A DNA stretch of 60,966 nt, counting the filler, from Sphacelaria rigidula (Eukaryota), in the NCBI GenBank assembly GCA_964200075.2. It is 5 parts of 5 records of this genome, joined end to end, with 100 filler letters (N's around TTAATTAATTAA, not from the genome) between each part and the next. Parts side by side here need not be neighbours in the genome. Positions count along the whole stretch, not along the records: positions 24,429 to 36,541 come from CAXNAA020004112.1; positions 36,642 to 48,754 come from CAXNAA020004113.1; 3 more parts are not named here. One strand, written 5' to 3'. This document shows positions 24,506 through 38,662 of this stretch, one piece after another. Made by a program: the position numbers and the translations under genes. Under the pieces are notes generated by a model. The model saw only the letters and a program-made list of their open reading frames with translations, did no database searches and was not told the origin of the DNA. Every line of letters begins with the position of its first letter. The first letter of the stretch is position 1.

Positions 24506-27500
24506 AGTCCTGACCCAAATTTGGTCTGCGCAAACACCGTATAATAATATTATTATTCACAAATATTATGAGGAGGCCCAATTCTGTGTTGGAGAAGAAT
24601 CGATGCTTTGTGCAGGAGCGAGAATTTTTTTCCCGGATGTTTCTTGTGGTTGAGTATCTAAAAGCCATTTCAGAACACGTTGACCTGCAAGATTGTCTGT
24701 GAGAGTTCAGTGTGGGAGAAGCAGAAAGGTACAAGGGCAAGTGCATCCATGGTGAAAAGATTAAAACGGTGTCTGGATTGAAGTCGAGGTTTACGAGATC
24801 CGGGAGACGGGTGTAGTGCGACTATCAGCTGGTGACAGCATCGCGAATCGATGTTTTCTGAGTTCTTTTACGGGGCACAAGCAGCGTCACTGAATCACCA
24901 AATCAGGATGGCATTACCGAATCACGAAACCGGATACGTTAGGAGGTACACTGTTTTTGAACGGGTGATTTATGGAGTTTTTCCCACCTCGCCCCCCTCT
25001 CCTCAAGCTGGGTTGGGAGCGGGAGTGCACTTCCATTCGACGTTCAAAAGCAACTGCACAAAAGGTTGGTTTTAGTATGGACTCCGTCACACTTGTTTTA
25101 TCCGACCTTCTGCAGCACGCAGCCGCAGCACAGGACCACGCTGCGGAGAGATGATATCCAGGACAACGGCGGCCTCACAAGGGGTGTTATGTCTTTCTGT
25201 GTACAGGTTGGTGTGTACCCAACGTTTACTACAGGCGTCGTCGTGCTTGCGGTATGGTTGCGGTGGCCGGGATTGGCGTTGCAGTCTCCATTTGCGGTTA
25301 GCTTGCTCCTGTATTCTGCACGCACGGCTTTGGATACGGGGCATGAGATAAGACGGTGTTATCGTCGTCGTTGTGCGTTCTTTCATGCTGCCTGGACCCC
25401 GAGAAGAGGACTATGTCGGCATCAAGGCTGCTGGCTCCGTATTGTTGGCCGTCGTGCTTTTATTCTGGATGGCTTGTGTTGATCGGTGCCGTACAGACAG
25501 TACTCACGCGATACCCACCGCCTGGCCAGGGTTGGCGCATCTTGCGGTACAGATACAACAGTTGGTACCGCGGCAGAAATTGTTCAGAGATGCAATGGCG
25601 AAGACGATCAAGCACTCTACACACGAGGCATCAGACAGCTAACGCTAACATGTACATCTCTTGCGTGCGCGACCCCGTGTGCTAGAGCACCGCCCCCTTT
25701 CAAAGGTATACCGTAAGCTTGAGCAATTGCTCCATGATGACATGGTGCTTGTGAAAATATCATCGTTATACTGTACTGTACTGTTCTGAGCTGTAGCCAG
25801 CTAGCGGGGGGGAAGGAAGCCCAGAGCGGACCGGGACAAAAAAACCTCAGAGAATTCAACCTTGTTGACCTCTCCGCGGTACATGAAGCTTAAGTAGCGC
25901 ACGCGTGTCCAAAACAAGAATCCTGAACTACATCCGTTCAAAAATAGTGGAAAACAACAAAAAATAGCCGATTCCAGTTTAATTATTATATAACGACCCG
26001 TATCTATCAACTCGGTGCCCCAGCTTTATCCTTAGACCACTTTGTATGGCAGGCAATCCCGAATCTGGCAGGACCCGAATCTGTGCTAAATCGGGGGGAT
26101 CCAGACTCGTGGAACTCAGATTCGTGTTTACCCCTGTAAGGCCTCACAGATTTGTTGAAATTGTTCTGTACACGAACGGTCATTTTCTGGGCGTGTGTGG
26201 TATCACAGTGAAGCCGGAGAACAGGCAGGCAGGGAATCATCCTTCAAGAGCAGTGTCGTACCGTAGTACCCTAGGGTATGATGCAGTGCAGTACACTGCA
26301 CAATCACAGTACAGTACAAGATAATGCCGTGTGGAAATACATGATGGTACAGTCGGTATTGTGAGAACAGTACAGTGCAGAGTGTACGAGAAGAGTTCAC
26401 GAGTGCAGTGTCATTCGTCACCCTGCAACAACCGCGACAGTAGTGAAGAATAGTACAGTTCCGTTCGTTATGATGACACAGCAGCACAGTGCAGCATGAA
26501 ATTTTTACCATCATCGCAGGGTACGGCGTCAACACTTCTTATCCGCTTGTCAAACCCCGTGCGGAGCTGCTCCAGCAGCCGGCGCTCGCAGGCACTGTCT
26601 GTGCTGTCACGAGACTGTCTGCTGCTGATGTTGCAAAATACCAAACGCCTGTTGCCCCATCACTGTACGTCAACATACGTACGTCAGTTACTCCAGATTC
26701 GGGGGACCTCGATTTTCCACGGACTTGGGCTCAGATTCGTGTAAAACCATTCTCAAATCCTGACAAACGAATCTGAGCTCCCCCGATTTGTGCCAAATCG
26801 GGGCCCATACAATGCGTTTCCGGATCTGAGGTCCCCTGATCTGCGCACAGATCCGTTTTTTCGACTCCCGTACAAAGTGTTCTTACAGCATATCGTCCAA
26901 AGTCTTTCTGTTCCGAGAACACGACCTGATAGCCCCGCGGAGGTTTGGAGTATGTTACATTTATACGTCAGTGGCTCATTAGTGCCCCCCGGGCGCTTAT
27001 CAGACAAGATACAAAGTTTCTTTTGGGGGGTATGGTGAATATAGCAGGCAACGTTGGAACTTTGGGGTTGGAGCTTCGGGATGTCGGCTGCCTGCTGCGA
27101 AGACTCTCACTGAGGGCAGTATGATACAAAATGTGCGGCTATTGGGTAGTCATTGCGGAAGGCATTTGCTGATGACACAAATTGATGATGAACGTGAACC
27201 AGCCTGTAGGACGTTCTTGGGCTGGGTCGACTGGGTTTCAAACTTACATGAGATACAATGATTTGTGTTAGACCGACGCGGTGTATCCACAAACCGTCAA
27301 CAGCTGCATGGTGAGCAACCCCAACCTGTCTGGTATACACACGGCCGCCCCTGTTCCAATATTCCATGTATGACCGTGGAACAAATACCTTCATGCGTGG
27401 ATCAGCAAGAGCTGCCACCAGCCGTGAGGCGCTTGTGCTGCAGGTACCTGCGCGTGTTCGTTTTGACTTGGTTGCCAAGGTCAAGTGTTTTACTCACAGT

Positions 27501-27838
27501 CCTTGTAGTATCTGTTGAGACCTGCAAATGTGGTTGATACCGCGTCCAGTTCGAAAGGAACACCGCTCTTCCGAAAAAAGGAATTGCTTTCAACCCTGAG
27601 ATAGCGGGCGTCGCCTCGGACCTGTTGCACATGATGACAATCTAGGGACATGCGAGGGTCTCCAGGGGGCCGGGGGGGGGGGGGGTTTTTGACAGGAGAT
27701 GGGGGTTTGGTTTCGGAACAGCTGAAAACCCCACCCAGGCAACCAAGNNNNNNNNNNAACACCGCCAGGCCAAAAAGGGCTGTTGTTGCCAGCCCGGGGG
27801 GGGGGGGCGGGGCCGGGGCCGTGTGGCGGGGGGGGACA

Positions 27839-27882
<44 letters not shown>

Positions 27883-28391
27883 GGTTTTTGACAGGAGATG
27901 GGGGTTTGTTCGCGGAACAGCTGAAAAGCTCACCAAGCCAACCATGTGTAGTTGGATTTTTCCCACGGTATATTGAAAGACAGAAACGAGGCCCGAGAGG
28001 AGCGGAGTGACCATTCTGACCAATCACGGCTACTGAAATGGCCACTTCGTTCCTTACAGATGGACGACTGATGGATTCCTTCGCTGCCTGGTCATATTTC
28101 TCATTTTGGTCATGACAATTCAACCAAAGATTACAAATAACGTGCTTTTTACTCTGCCGCGTGCCTGAACCCTCATGTGTTGGCGGCATAGCTTTACACT
28201 GCCTGTAGTGTTGTTGTGGAACGCTGAGCAGAGACATCAGTAGCATGCAGTAGACGGTGCTCAGTACAGAGCGATGGCGCGCTGACTGCTTCTTGACGTT
28301 GTATCCAGCGAAGACATTCAATACACAATATGACTGCTCGCGATTGACGGTAGAGTCAAAACCGGTCAGGGTTCTGCGGGACTATCTGGAC

Positions 28392-29338
28392 TATTTCACG
28401 ATTCGGACGAATACAATCGTGATTCAACTCATATTCAACATATAAACGAACAAATCATACGAATTGTCCATCATTTGTGATTTGCACATGTTTTGGGTTC
28501 GTGATTCGTACGACACAACTTGAAGTGTACACATTCTGAGTTCGTGATTCGTTCAGTACACCGTCGAAGGGACATGTTTCCTACCTTACTTTCATACGGC
28601 GCGAATCATGTGCATACATTGATCCCCTCTAGTTCATGTGAGATGAACTATGTGTACGTGTTATCAATCGTTAGGTTCATGCGGGATAAATCATGTGTAC
28701 ATGTTGCCAACCCCCTAGTTGATGCGGGATGAATCGTAGGTACATATTTTCCACCATACATTTGTACAGTCTGAACCGCCGGTACATGTTTTTCACATGT
28801 CATTTCATACGACGTGAATCGCATGTATATCTCTCCCACGTGTAATTCGTGCTCACCCTTTAGTTTATGCGGGATGAATCATGAGCGCATGTTCCCCACC
28901 ATCCATTTGTACGGTATAAACGTCGGTATATGTTTTTCACATGCCATTTCGTAGGGCGTGAATCACTTACACGTTTCTCCCGCCTGTAATCCCTGCAAGA
29001 TGAATGAACTGTACATGTTTTCCACCTTTCACGTTTACCGGATGAATCACGGGTACATGTTCCCCTCCCTTGAGTTCATGCGGGATGGATGATGAGTACG
29101 TGTTTCCCACCAGCGACTCGTACATGGACCATGATCCGTTCATGTTTACCAATCCTGATTCGCGTTACACAACCTGAAGTGTACATATTCTCAATCCATG
29201 CATGACTCGTGCAGTATGACCTTGAGTATTTGACTTCACCATCCATGATTCGTACAGAATGACTCTTTGGTACACAATTCGCACTCAACATTCATGAGTC
29301 AAACCGTATGAACTCTGATTCGTCCGAACACTGAACTA
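28392..29338. mobile_element. Non-autonomous element with degenerate TIRs and an internal array of imperfect repeats of about 35 bp
   Basis: Ends ttcacgattcggacgaat and attcgtccgaacactgaa. The unit ttcatgcgggatgaatcatgtgtacatgtt recurs across about 28570-29150. Confidence 0.6.
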
Positions 29339-29416
29339 TTTTCGATATATATATATATATATGTGTGTAAGTCCAACATCTGAATGTTCATGAAAGGAGG
29401 CGTTTGGTCAAGTGAT

Positions 29417-32400
29417 GGATTGATTGATTGTCGCACTTTCACTGACCCCCCAGGGATCCAGCTGTGGTCACATGAAAGATGTACCCGAGACAAAGCAAAG
29501 CTGAATCACTCGAAACACTCGCCGAAGAAAAGGAGAGAGAAAGGAAGGAACAGAGTAGGTAGAACAGACCAACAGAGTGAACTAAGAAAAAAAGGGAGAA
29601 AAATTTACGGCAGGAAAAAGGAGAAATTAACAGAAAAAAAATGATCGGCCTCCGTCACATGATTTCGGTGGAAAATGTCTTGTACATGAACCACAGTCCT
29701 ACCCAGCCGTAGAAAACAGGAGACCGTGGAGAAGATTGCGGCTCATCTACTACGACCTCACTATTTGGGTGTGAAACCTTTTCATCCGTGAGCCCCACGG
29801 ACGTGAGGCACCAAACCGCTCTGGCATACACCGGCAGGGAAAAACACATACATGGCGAGAAAGGTGGGAAAAGGAAGAGCAGAGGGGGTACTGCAGAAGT
29901 GGTGAAGCTCAAAGGATTCAGAGCAGCAGAGCATATATAGACACACACACCAAGGGGCACCACAGACCACCGACCGAGGACACGATCAACAACCGATGTG
30001 GGCAAACTGGCTTCTCCGATTGGCGGTTCTCGACGCAGCAGCCTCTCGTTTGTGACGGCGGTCCATTTCCTTTTTTTCTCCGCGTCGCCACGTGTCCTCA
30101 AACTCCTCCACTCCTTTTTCGACTTCAAGATGCCATTCGCCCACTCTCTTCGCCGCAGTGACCCAATCGCATGCACCGTTAACCTCTACTCCATAGACGA
30201 ATCATTTCCATCGCGCTCCTTTTGTGTTGAACAGCCCCTAGTGCACGTGGGTTCTTGTGGAGGTTTTCCTCCCATCGTTTTGGGGGGCGACCAGCCTCCA
30301 TAGACCCTCGTGCGGTTAACCGTCAGTTCATGATGCGTTTGGAAGGCGTGTTTCCTTCTGCCGGGCAAGTGCTCCCGCGAGCCAGAGTTGATGTTTGCGG
30401 ATAGTCGTATCGATACGTTCGCAGTTGGTCATCTCGAGCACCGCTCTGTGCGAAAGAGCTGTGTAGCCATTTCGATCTTTCCTACGGAATCCAACCATGC
30501 GCAGCAAAAGCTTGTGATGCGCAGTGCGCAGACTGTCGAAGTCCTCATAACGTAACGTCCATGTGGCATATCCGTACAACAGAGCTTCCACCACTTCCGC
30601 GTTAAGCAGCCATACTTTCGAGGATAGCTGGGCGTTGGGTCGATATACTTCCGGAGCCGTGTCCACGCTGCGCTGATGCGGCGGTTGATTGGTGTATATT
30701 TTCGCATCCGCCCTGATAGCACCACCAAGGTGGACGAACTTGGCCGTCTGCTTATACCGTTGACCGGCCGCCTTGATGTGCTGGGCGACCCCTGTTGGAC
30801 TGGATCCGGACCACAGGCACATAGACTCTGTATTGCTCTCCGAGACCGTCAGTCCGAAATCCTGGCAGTTCATCACTCTCAAGGCCATCATTCGGGTAAG
30901 GCTCTCTGGGGTTCTCGAGAATATGCCGGCGTCGTCCGCATAAAGCATTGCCCACACCGCGCGTCTTGCCTTTTCCAGCGGCGTCTCTTCCAGGGGTCCA
31001 CAATCTTCACCTTTTTGAGGCTGAGGCGATAGCTAGGCCCGCCGCGAACCGCTGTACGATCACGTCGACCAAGGTTGCGCCGAAGATGTTTATGCAACAG
31101 CGGGGACGAAAGGCAACCTTGTCTGCATTTCTGGCAGAGGTGGGACCACGCTGATAGGTCGCAACCATCTAGTTGTACCCGAGCTCGCATGCCGTCGTAA
31201 AACGCACGGATGACAGTGATCATCCGCGGTTGAACTCAGAACCGAGCGAGCACTTCTCACAGGAGCGTGCGGTCTACGGAATCGTGGGCTCTCTGCAGAT
31301 CGATAAAGCACATCTTAGGGGGACCTTGCTCGCCCGTTTCAACTCCTGTAGTCGGCGAACCACGAAACATCATGTCTATGGTTGATTGTTGGCCCCTAAA
31401 TCCGCGTTGTTTTCCCGGGAAGACATCTGTTTCCTCACAGAGATTACCGACCCTGTTGCCTACGATTCCGAGGAGAACTTGAGCAGCATGTGTCACGAGT
31501 GAAATGCCCCTGTAGGTACCATACTCGGTCCTATCCTTTTTATTGTGTAGCACTTTGATAATGACATGTTTCCATTCCTGCGGCACCTCGCCAGATGTCC
31601 AGACCCCAGAGACGATGCTGTGGAAGTGGTACAGAATCTCCGATGCTTCCCCGTTCAGCCCAAGCTTCAAGATTCCAGCAGGTAGACCATCCGGATCCGT
31701 CTCTGTGCCGTTCGACATAGCTCTCAGAGCCTCCTCAGTTTCACTTGGGCCTGACGGGTCTCCTATTCACAGCGCTATCGGTCGTTGCGCAATCTGCTCG
31801 ATGGCATTTCGGTGGATAGTTGCCGATATGGACTTCAGCAATGTGGAGAAGTGCCGTTCCCATCTCTCGCTGGTCGAACCTCTGTCCCGCCCAGTATATT
31901 CCCGTCCTCATCTCCAATGTACTGCTCACTCTTAGTCCCCACCCTCCTTTGAGACGTCCATACCATTCTCTCATAACCTCCTCTCGAGTATGCTCCTCCA
32001 ACTCTCTAGCATGCACATCCGTATATTTGTCCACGCCAACTTGGATCACCTCTTTGACCTTTTGCACGCTGCTCGCAATGTGTGCCATGCGGGTTTATCT
32101 CGCGATGGTCCCAGTCGCACCGTCGATCTCGCCTTTTGCCCCTTATTCCAGGCCTGTTCGAAGTCCGTTCGGATGGTGGCATCCTCGGACCACCCCGGTA
32201 TACGTGGCGTTCGGGTCAGACGCGACCTTTTCAGCGGCACCCAGGAGTACGTCGGCAACGTTCGCAGCCCGTGAACCAACTGTATTGTTAGGTGTACCCT
32301 GTTTGAGCTCGCTGATGATGAGCTGGGTGAGTTGCTCACGTCTGTCGGTGTCAGATATTACTGCCCGCCTGTCGATCGGTGTACCCCCAATTGGAATTCT

Positions 32401-33830
32401 TCTAGGTCTGTTTGTGCGAAGGGACCGAGGAGCCGCACTGAGGCGCACACGATGTTGTGGTCAGAGTTCGGCAAGTTGGGAGGTCGAAGGTGGATGGTGA
32501 CACTGCAAACAAGTCTGCGGTAATCTTGCCGTGCGAGGATGTAGTCAAAGCGTTTTTCTCTGCAGGACGATTCGCCTTACCGTTGAACGTACACAATGTG
32601 CTTCCCTGTGGGTAGAAAATAATGTGTACACCAGGGCAAACCTGCTGTCGCCCGCAAATCGCAGCAGAGTGGTACTGTTACTGTCGTTGGATCGGGAAAT
32701 CCGGCCGTATACCCCCAAAAATTTACACTCCTCCTTGCCTGTCCGTACCCTAGTCCTAGCGTTAGCGCCCCTTAAAATAAACATGTGGTGTCTGTTGGGG
32801 ATCCGGACCACAATGCTGTCCAACTCGGCCCACAACACACCTCTCTTTTCTCTTGACTGTGGTGTTTCTGTAGGGGCATATGCAACTACAAAAGTAGCAG
32901 CATTTCATGTACCCGCGAGATTGGAAGTAATCGACCTGAGGCGCTCGCTGATGATTAACTCGTCGACCGCCAATCTGACCCCATGTGGTCCAGCGGTTCC
33001 CTTGCCCATTTCCGCCTCGCAACAGAAGATACGATGCCCCGCCGCAACAACGTCGGTTCGACCGGATCTTCTCGTCTCCTGTAGTGCGATGACAGCACAC
33101 CCGACTGCTTGATATTTTTGCAGGACCGCCTCGGCATGGCCAACTCCTTCCTTTCCCGTGAGAGACAGTGGGCGGACGTCACAGGCCTCCACTTTGAGCT
33201 CCCCGATACTTGACCTGGCTCTACCTAGTTCTACCCTTCTCTATATTCACACGTCTTCCTCTTTGTCTTACCCTCCCTTGTGGTCTCTTTCGCCTCCTAA
33301 TTTTACGGGCGAGTTTTTTTTTTCCTGTTCCGATTTTTCTTCGGCACGTCTGTCGTGATACTTGCCTTGCCTGTTGCTCTTGCGGGGAGGGTGTAGCCTT
33401 CTTCACAGCCCGCGTCGGCCGCTATCCTCGATCCACCGAATCTGATACTTTCTCGCAAGTGCTCATCTCCATCAACGTGCTTTCCGTGACTGTCCCAACG
33501 CCGGGGAAAACGCTGCAGCTGCGGAGTTCAATTTGGTTCCCAGTACAGGGGTAAACTCCGAAGCTGCAGGATTGAGCCTGGTCGTCAGCACTGCCTGCAT
33601 GACCCACCGCCTTTACTGTGTGTTGCATCACCATTGACACGAAACACAGGCTAGTCTGTAGGTCAAGCTACTCCAACCTACTCGTTGGTTGTGTCGTCGA
33701 TGGGTTAAGCACACCGCGACACAAACTATCCTCAGTCGGGTGGCGTGGCGAGGAAAGAGCTGTACTGAACCAAATATATGGCATAGTCCATCTGAGTCCA
33801 CATGAGAGTGGTTCGCTGTCTAAGGATTAA
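29417..33830 (-). mobile_element. Degenerate near-full-length non-LTR retrotransposon (RTE-like): APE endonuclease plus reverse transcriptase, (CAAT)n tail
   Basis: APE motifs ACDVRPL, IALQETRR and GANAR lie at 33200-32550. RT motifs EWKHVIIKVLHNKKDRTEYGTYRGISLV, FIDLQRAHDSVDR and LYADDAG, and the RTE-type VVEALLYGYATWTL, lie at 31700-30300. Many stops and frameshifts. The outer boundaries are approximate. Confidence 0.9.
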
Positions 33831-36541
33831 GCTCAAGAATTATGGATTATTTCAGACTGCGGAAAGGGCGGAAACTGACGTGAACAAAAATGCAAGACAG
33901 GAGAATTTTCTCGCAGTCAGAAATTTTGTGTGGGACCTTGCGAGGGCACAATGAAGCGGGAAAAGTGGATCGAGTTGATTTTTATTTTATTTTTTTCCTG
34001 GTTTAGAACGTTTTCGTATGGTTAGGCTGCCTCTCATGCATAAGAAAACCCCTTATCAAAAGGCCATTTTTCAATACACTTTTTTCTACCGCTTCTTTTG
34101 AAGTAGCCATTCTTACGTACGATCAACGCTATCAAAATTGGAAAAGCAGTGTTGATCTTTTTCTACAAGGCGTGTGGGCATAGTTTCAAAGTCTGGGGCG
34201 CGCGAGAGACACAGCACTCTGCTGTAGTGTCGTGGTGTACGGTCTGTACTGTCTGTACTACTGTAATATATTGACTGAGCAATACGTGGTGGGCTGCGAG
34301 ACGCAAGACGATCAATAAAAACACCGCCTTGCTGTACTAACTGACTATGTAGAACTGACGGTTGTGCTTTTTCGCTGCACGGTAGTACTTGACTGGATGG
34401 ACAGTACGGACGACAGTACAAAGTGCTCTTTTGTACCAGTATGCATTTGCTATAGTACTACAGTAGTAGCACTACCTATAGTCTTGTGTGTACAGTCAGT
34501 ACGTACCTGTCTCTGCAAGGCTTGCACACGTCAGATAGTTAAGGTCGGGACAGATCCGGGTCGGCTCATTTGGGGCATAGATCGCGACCTGTCCGAGGTG
34601 TGCTGTCAACTGTGCACGTGTGTCCAATGGAGATCTGTAGGACCCGCTTGACCCGTACATCATTGCCCAGTGACGAGCTGTACGACCTGCGTCGTACATA
34701 CACGTTCATGTACAACTAATCTGCAGACCTGTGTCATTCGCACAACATCACATAGTTGGCATCTATATAACTCGACTCATTCGATGCAGCAGCTTGTCAT
34801 ACACCCGTGCGATTCGAATCCCATGTATATCAGAAGCTACCCCGCACCGGTAAGATCCGAATCCAGTAAACAGTGAAACAAAATGCAGTATATCTCACCT
34901 GCTAACCTGTATGACCTGGGTACATCGTGCACGTTCACGAGTCCGTAGGTTGACGGTGACAGCCTGGGCATATAGAACATGAAGCTCGTATATTTCTTCC
35001 GAGTCGTTATATGGCAGATGTGCACATGTTTTTTCCAAGGCACTTATCTCTGCACGTCGAAAGTTGAGCCAGGATAGTACAACGGTGGGGGACGACGCGG
35101 GGAACCTTCATTTGACTTGACTTTGAACAGGACTCCCCACGTGGTCCCCCAACGTAGTACTAGCCTGGTCCAACGCTTGACTTTTGACGTGTCACGATCT
35201 TTGAATTTTACGATGTGTAACGATTAGTGCCCTGTTTTTTCCCCGTGGATCTGCACTGTCCGGGCTTGTTCATGACAGAAATCTGAACCCTGAACTCGAG
35301 TGTGCAGCCTCACAAAATATTGGACTGGAAAGCTAGGCTTTTACTTATTATGCTAGCACGGGTTCTGTGTGCATGTGACCCATCATTATTTTCAAAACAA
35401 ACGATTTTTTCAACCATCTTCCTAGCATAATAAATAAAAGCCTATGCAAAGCGCACCCCTACCGTTGAATGACGATCCCCACACAGCACTGCTTGGTGAC
35501 GTTTACGAGTATCACCGTGAAAACTTGATGTGCGTGCATGCTTAACACAGTGTAGGTGTGGAAGAAACGGAATATATCATGAGCTCAGGAGCGAGTTCAT
35601 CTCTGACAACAAGCATCACGATGATGACAGCCGCCCCCATTCGCTTCACTCAGTTAGAAATCACAGCAGCGGCCTCTGAGCACTAGCAGTAGCAGCGCAA
35701 CGACAATGCCAACATCCGCAAAAGGGCAGCCCGACGTGTTTGTTGTTGAGTCGGAGGGGATGATAGCACTAGACCTGCAGGGTTGTGTTTGCGTAGATGA
35801 GGCGTATATTCAGTTGTGCCAGCGGCAGTACGGACGATTGTTTTAGTATTTCCTCGTTCAGGCTGCGCACTTGTGAGGCGGGAACAAGAAGGAATGATAT
35901 GTTGCTATATGCTCAATTGAGTTATCATGACGCTGTTCAACCAGCATCTGACAAAAATTACCCGGAAAGAGTCCTCAACGTGTACACTGCCGGCGTTAAT
36001 GCAGCACGGGTACCTCCCGCAAGCCTACCCGACGATCAGCCGTACGATCTGTGGTTGATCTGTATCTGTATGACCCGTTTAACTCATGCACAATTCTCGG
36101 TTGGTGAACTGTAGAACCCGGTCGCTCCGCACACGTATCCTGATGAACGATGTGTATGACATGGTGAGTCGTAGAAGTCCGCAACACGCTTCATGCACAG
36201 ACCTAAACTGAGCTACAATCCTGTACGGACTACATACAGACCGTCTGTACAGCACTCGTCATCGCCCCTGCCGTGTGCTGTTCTCTGGGGTAAAGGGCTA
36301 CCACGCTACTGGCAAGCGAAGGATAATGAATCAACACGCTGACTGCCCGCGAGCACCAGCACTAGCAGTAGTGATGGCAGTCAAGCCATCGTGGGTGCTG
36401 TCGTTGGCTGTAGGGTGTGTTGGCGGGCGGTAGGATTTCAACCGCTTTTTCAGTAACATTTTTCGATAGGTGTGTGTGTTGTGTGTTTGTTGTCGTCCCA
36501 TTTATTCTGGGCGCCAGTCTACCCCTTTGGGGATATGTGGG

Positions 36542-36641
36542 NNNNNNNNNNNNNNNNNNNNNNNNNNNNNNNNNNNNNNNNNNNNTTAATTAATTAANNN
36601 NNNNNNNNNNNNNNNNNNNNNNNNNNNNNNNNNNNNNNNNN
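36542..36641. other. Artificial contig spacer
   Basis: Same 100-bp spacer. Confidence 0.98.
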
Positions 36642-36679
36642 AATGGAGGGGGCGCCCGATAAATAGCAGAGATGCATCG

Positions 36680-37490
36680 CGCATGTCGCTTCGGTACTTC
36701 TACCGACGTACCAGGATCGGGATACCCGACCGACGGCGATCAATCCCAGTTGCCATTACGAGCCGAAGCGTTGTCAAATACATCAACTTGTCCAGTCTCC
36801 AACCAGAGAGTTTCAGTGTCAATCATATAATCCAAGTGCAGGTCGAGTAGAGTATACCCAATTGCGGGGTATTCTTAAAGTCGTATTTGAGGTGCACAAA
36901 TTGGGGGGAAGATTGTAGGGATCGCTTTCCAGTTTGTTTGGGGTACGCCTCCCAACACTGTACCCCAATTTGAGTACCTCTAGTACGTCTTCCAAAATAC
37001 CCCGCAATTGAGTATACTCTACTCGACCTGCACTTGACATGATAACATGGCGGTTCAACACGTGCCCAGGCAAACGCTGGGTACCACTATGATTTTTAGG
37101 CGTCATCGGGGGCGATAACGCGCGAGTGCATTGGTCACAAATACTACATATTTTGCATACATATATACTCACGTATTTCACGATGAGATCGATCGTCTCC
37201 GGGTGGAACATGATGTCGAAGAATGACAGCACGAGATGCTCCACGCTCCCTTCGACCACGGCTTTATACCCCGCGCGGTCCACCTTCGGCAGGCGCTCCA
37301 GTGTTTTCTCCGACAGGGTGAACTCCGCGCACCGACCCCGCCCCGCTTCGCGCTTGGGACATGTTTCGTCTACTTTCAACCCCTCTGTGGTCCACTTCGC
37401 CGAACCCACACCATCGGAATCGCCACCAGGGTCCATGCTCCTGTCCCCGTCGTCGTCGTGACGCTCGTCGTCGGCGTCGCCCCGGTGTTG
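36680..37490 (-). mobile_element. piggyBac-like transposase N-terminal relic, truncated by the contig end
   Basis: An acidic stretch, a W, then SFFDIMFHPETIDLIVKY, resembling the piggyBac pattern FFxLFFxxExIDxIVxxTN, followed by gtgagt. Further on, WRLDKLMYLTTLRLVMATGIDRRR (about 36800-36730) weakly resembles the next helix. The DDD core is not in the window. Confidence 0.5.
36833..37036. mobile_element. Foldback MITE (204 bp) with long inverted arms
   Basis: caagtgcaggtcgagtagagtatac ... gtatactctactcgacctgcacttg is perfect over 25 bp and imperfect to about 75 bp. Confidence 0.8.
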
Positions 37491-38662
37491 GCGGATATTG
37501 CGTGTGTCACCCACACGGGGGAGAGAGAAAGGGAATATCGATGATGGACTCGCAAACACTCGAGACAGAGTGCATCGTACCTTTACTCACACCGCGCGCG
37601 ATGGGAAACGAAACTCGTGCTGTACAGTCCACACATACGCGCAAGTCATATACAATTCACAATAGAAAGCTGCATGTGGCCCAAGCCTTTTTCACGTCGC
37701 ATTGGAAGCAAGGAGAACAGGCAGTCCCGCGCTATCTGTACTTCATATGACCCTCACCTCTTTTACATCATACTGCATAAAACACGCACTCACACACACG
37801 CGCGCACACACACTCAAGGCACGGTACATGCAGACGGTGCGGACAACACAGGCCGCCGGTATTGCACTCAAGCGAACGGTGACGCTTGACGAACTTCGTT
37901 GTCTTCCTGTATAATGCTATCAAATTTCTGGCATAATTCCACCTTAGCGTAAATATCATAGCGTTTCAGGAAGTAGCATACAGCAGATCCGTGCTGGCTC
38001 AGTTTGTTTGCCCCAACCTGCACGCACCCGCCTTGCGTGTCTTGCCCCGATCACAGCACCCGACTATTACTGAAGTACATGGGAGGACGCAGTACACAGC
38101 TGCACAGCCGTCACTTGGCGATTTTTACAACCTTTCTTGGTTTCGACAGCACTTTGATCCCACCCCGAATCTGTGAAGACCGTTTCACTCGCGACGAAAC
38201 AGCCAAGACACCATGAAGCGCTTCGCGAGAAAATATATTTCTTCACCTTGTGTTACCCCCCATCTGTGGGAGGTGAATCTAAATGCTGGCATACTGCAAT
38301 GTTTTCGGCGAAACACTCTTTCATCACCGACCGCCTGTCTGAAATACGTGAATGCTGTGGAATTATTCATTCGCCGATAGTGATCACAAAATAAAAACGG
38401 CAGTCTGATCGATGCTAGCATCATAGGTAAAGTTCTGAATACCACCATCAACACCATAACCATAGAGTGGTGGGTGGGTCTGTATCCGATCAAAAATTGT
38501 AATGCCCCGAAAAGTGTGGATTTCTCAACTGCTCCGGAAAGTGCGAATGCCTCGTTTTCGGGGTTTCTGCCAGTACAAAACTACGCCAGAGATGTTCGAA
38601 GACATCAACTATGTAGCGAACACCCTACAGCCGTATCGAATACTCGTATCCTTCAATCTCAC

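Noticed and set aside
27590-28321. Poly-Pro and poly-Gly ORFs (also 10982-11497 and 49267-49558)
   Set aside because: They come from G/C homopolymers and low-quality duplicated sequence around N gaps.
28570-29150. CRISPR-like array
   Set aside because: The repeats are degenerate and contiguous, there are no unique spacers, and there are no cas genes in this eukaryotic context.
33560-33830. Possible HDV-like or hammerhead ribozyme in the LINE 5' region (TCCTCG and CTGACGA cores on the minus strand)
   Set aside because: I could not build the required helices or find a correctly placed GAAA; the CTGATGA sites I checked elsewhere also lack the core.
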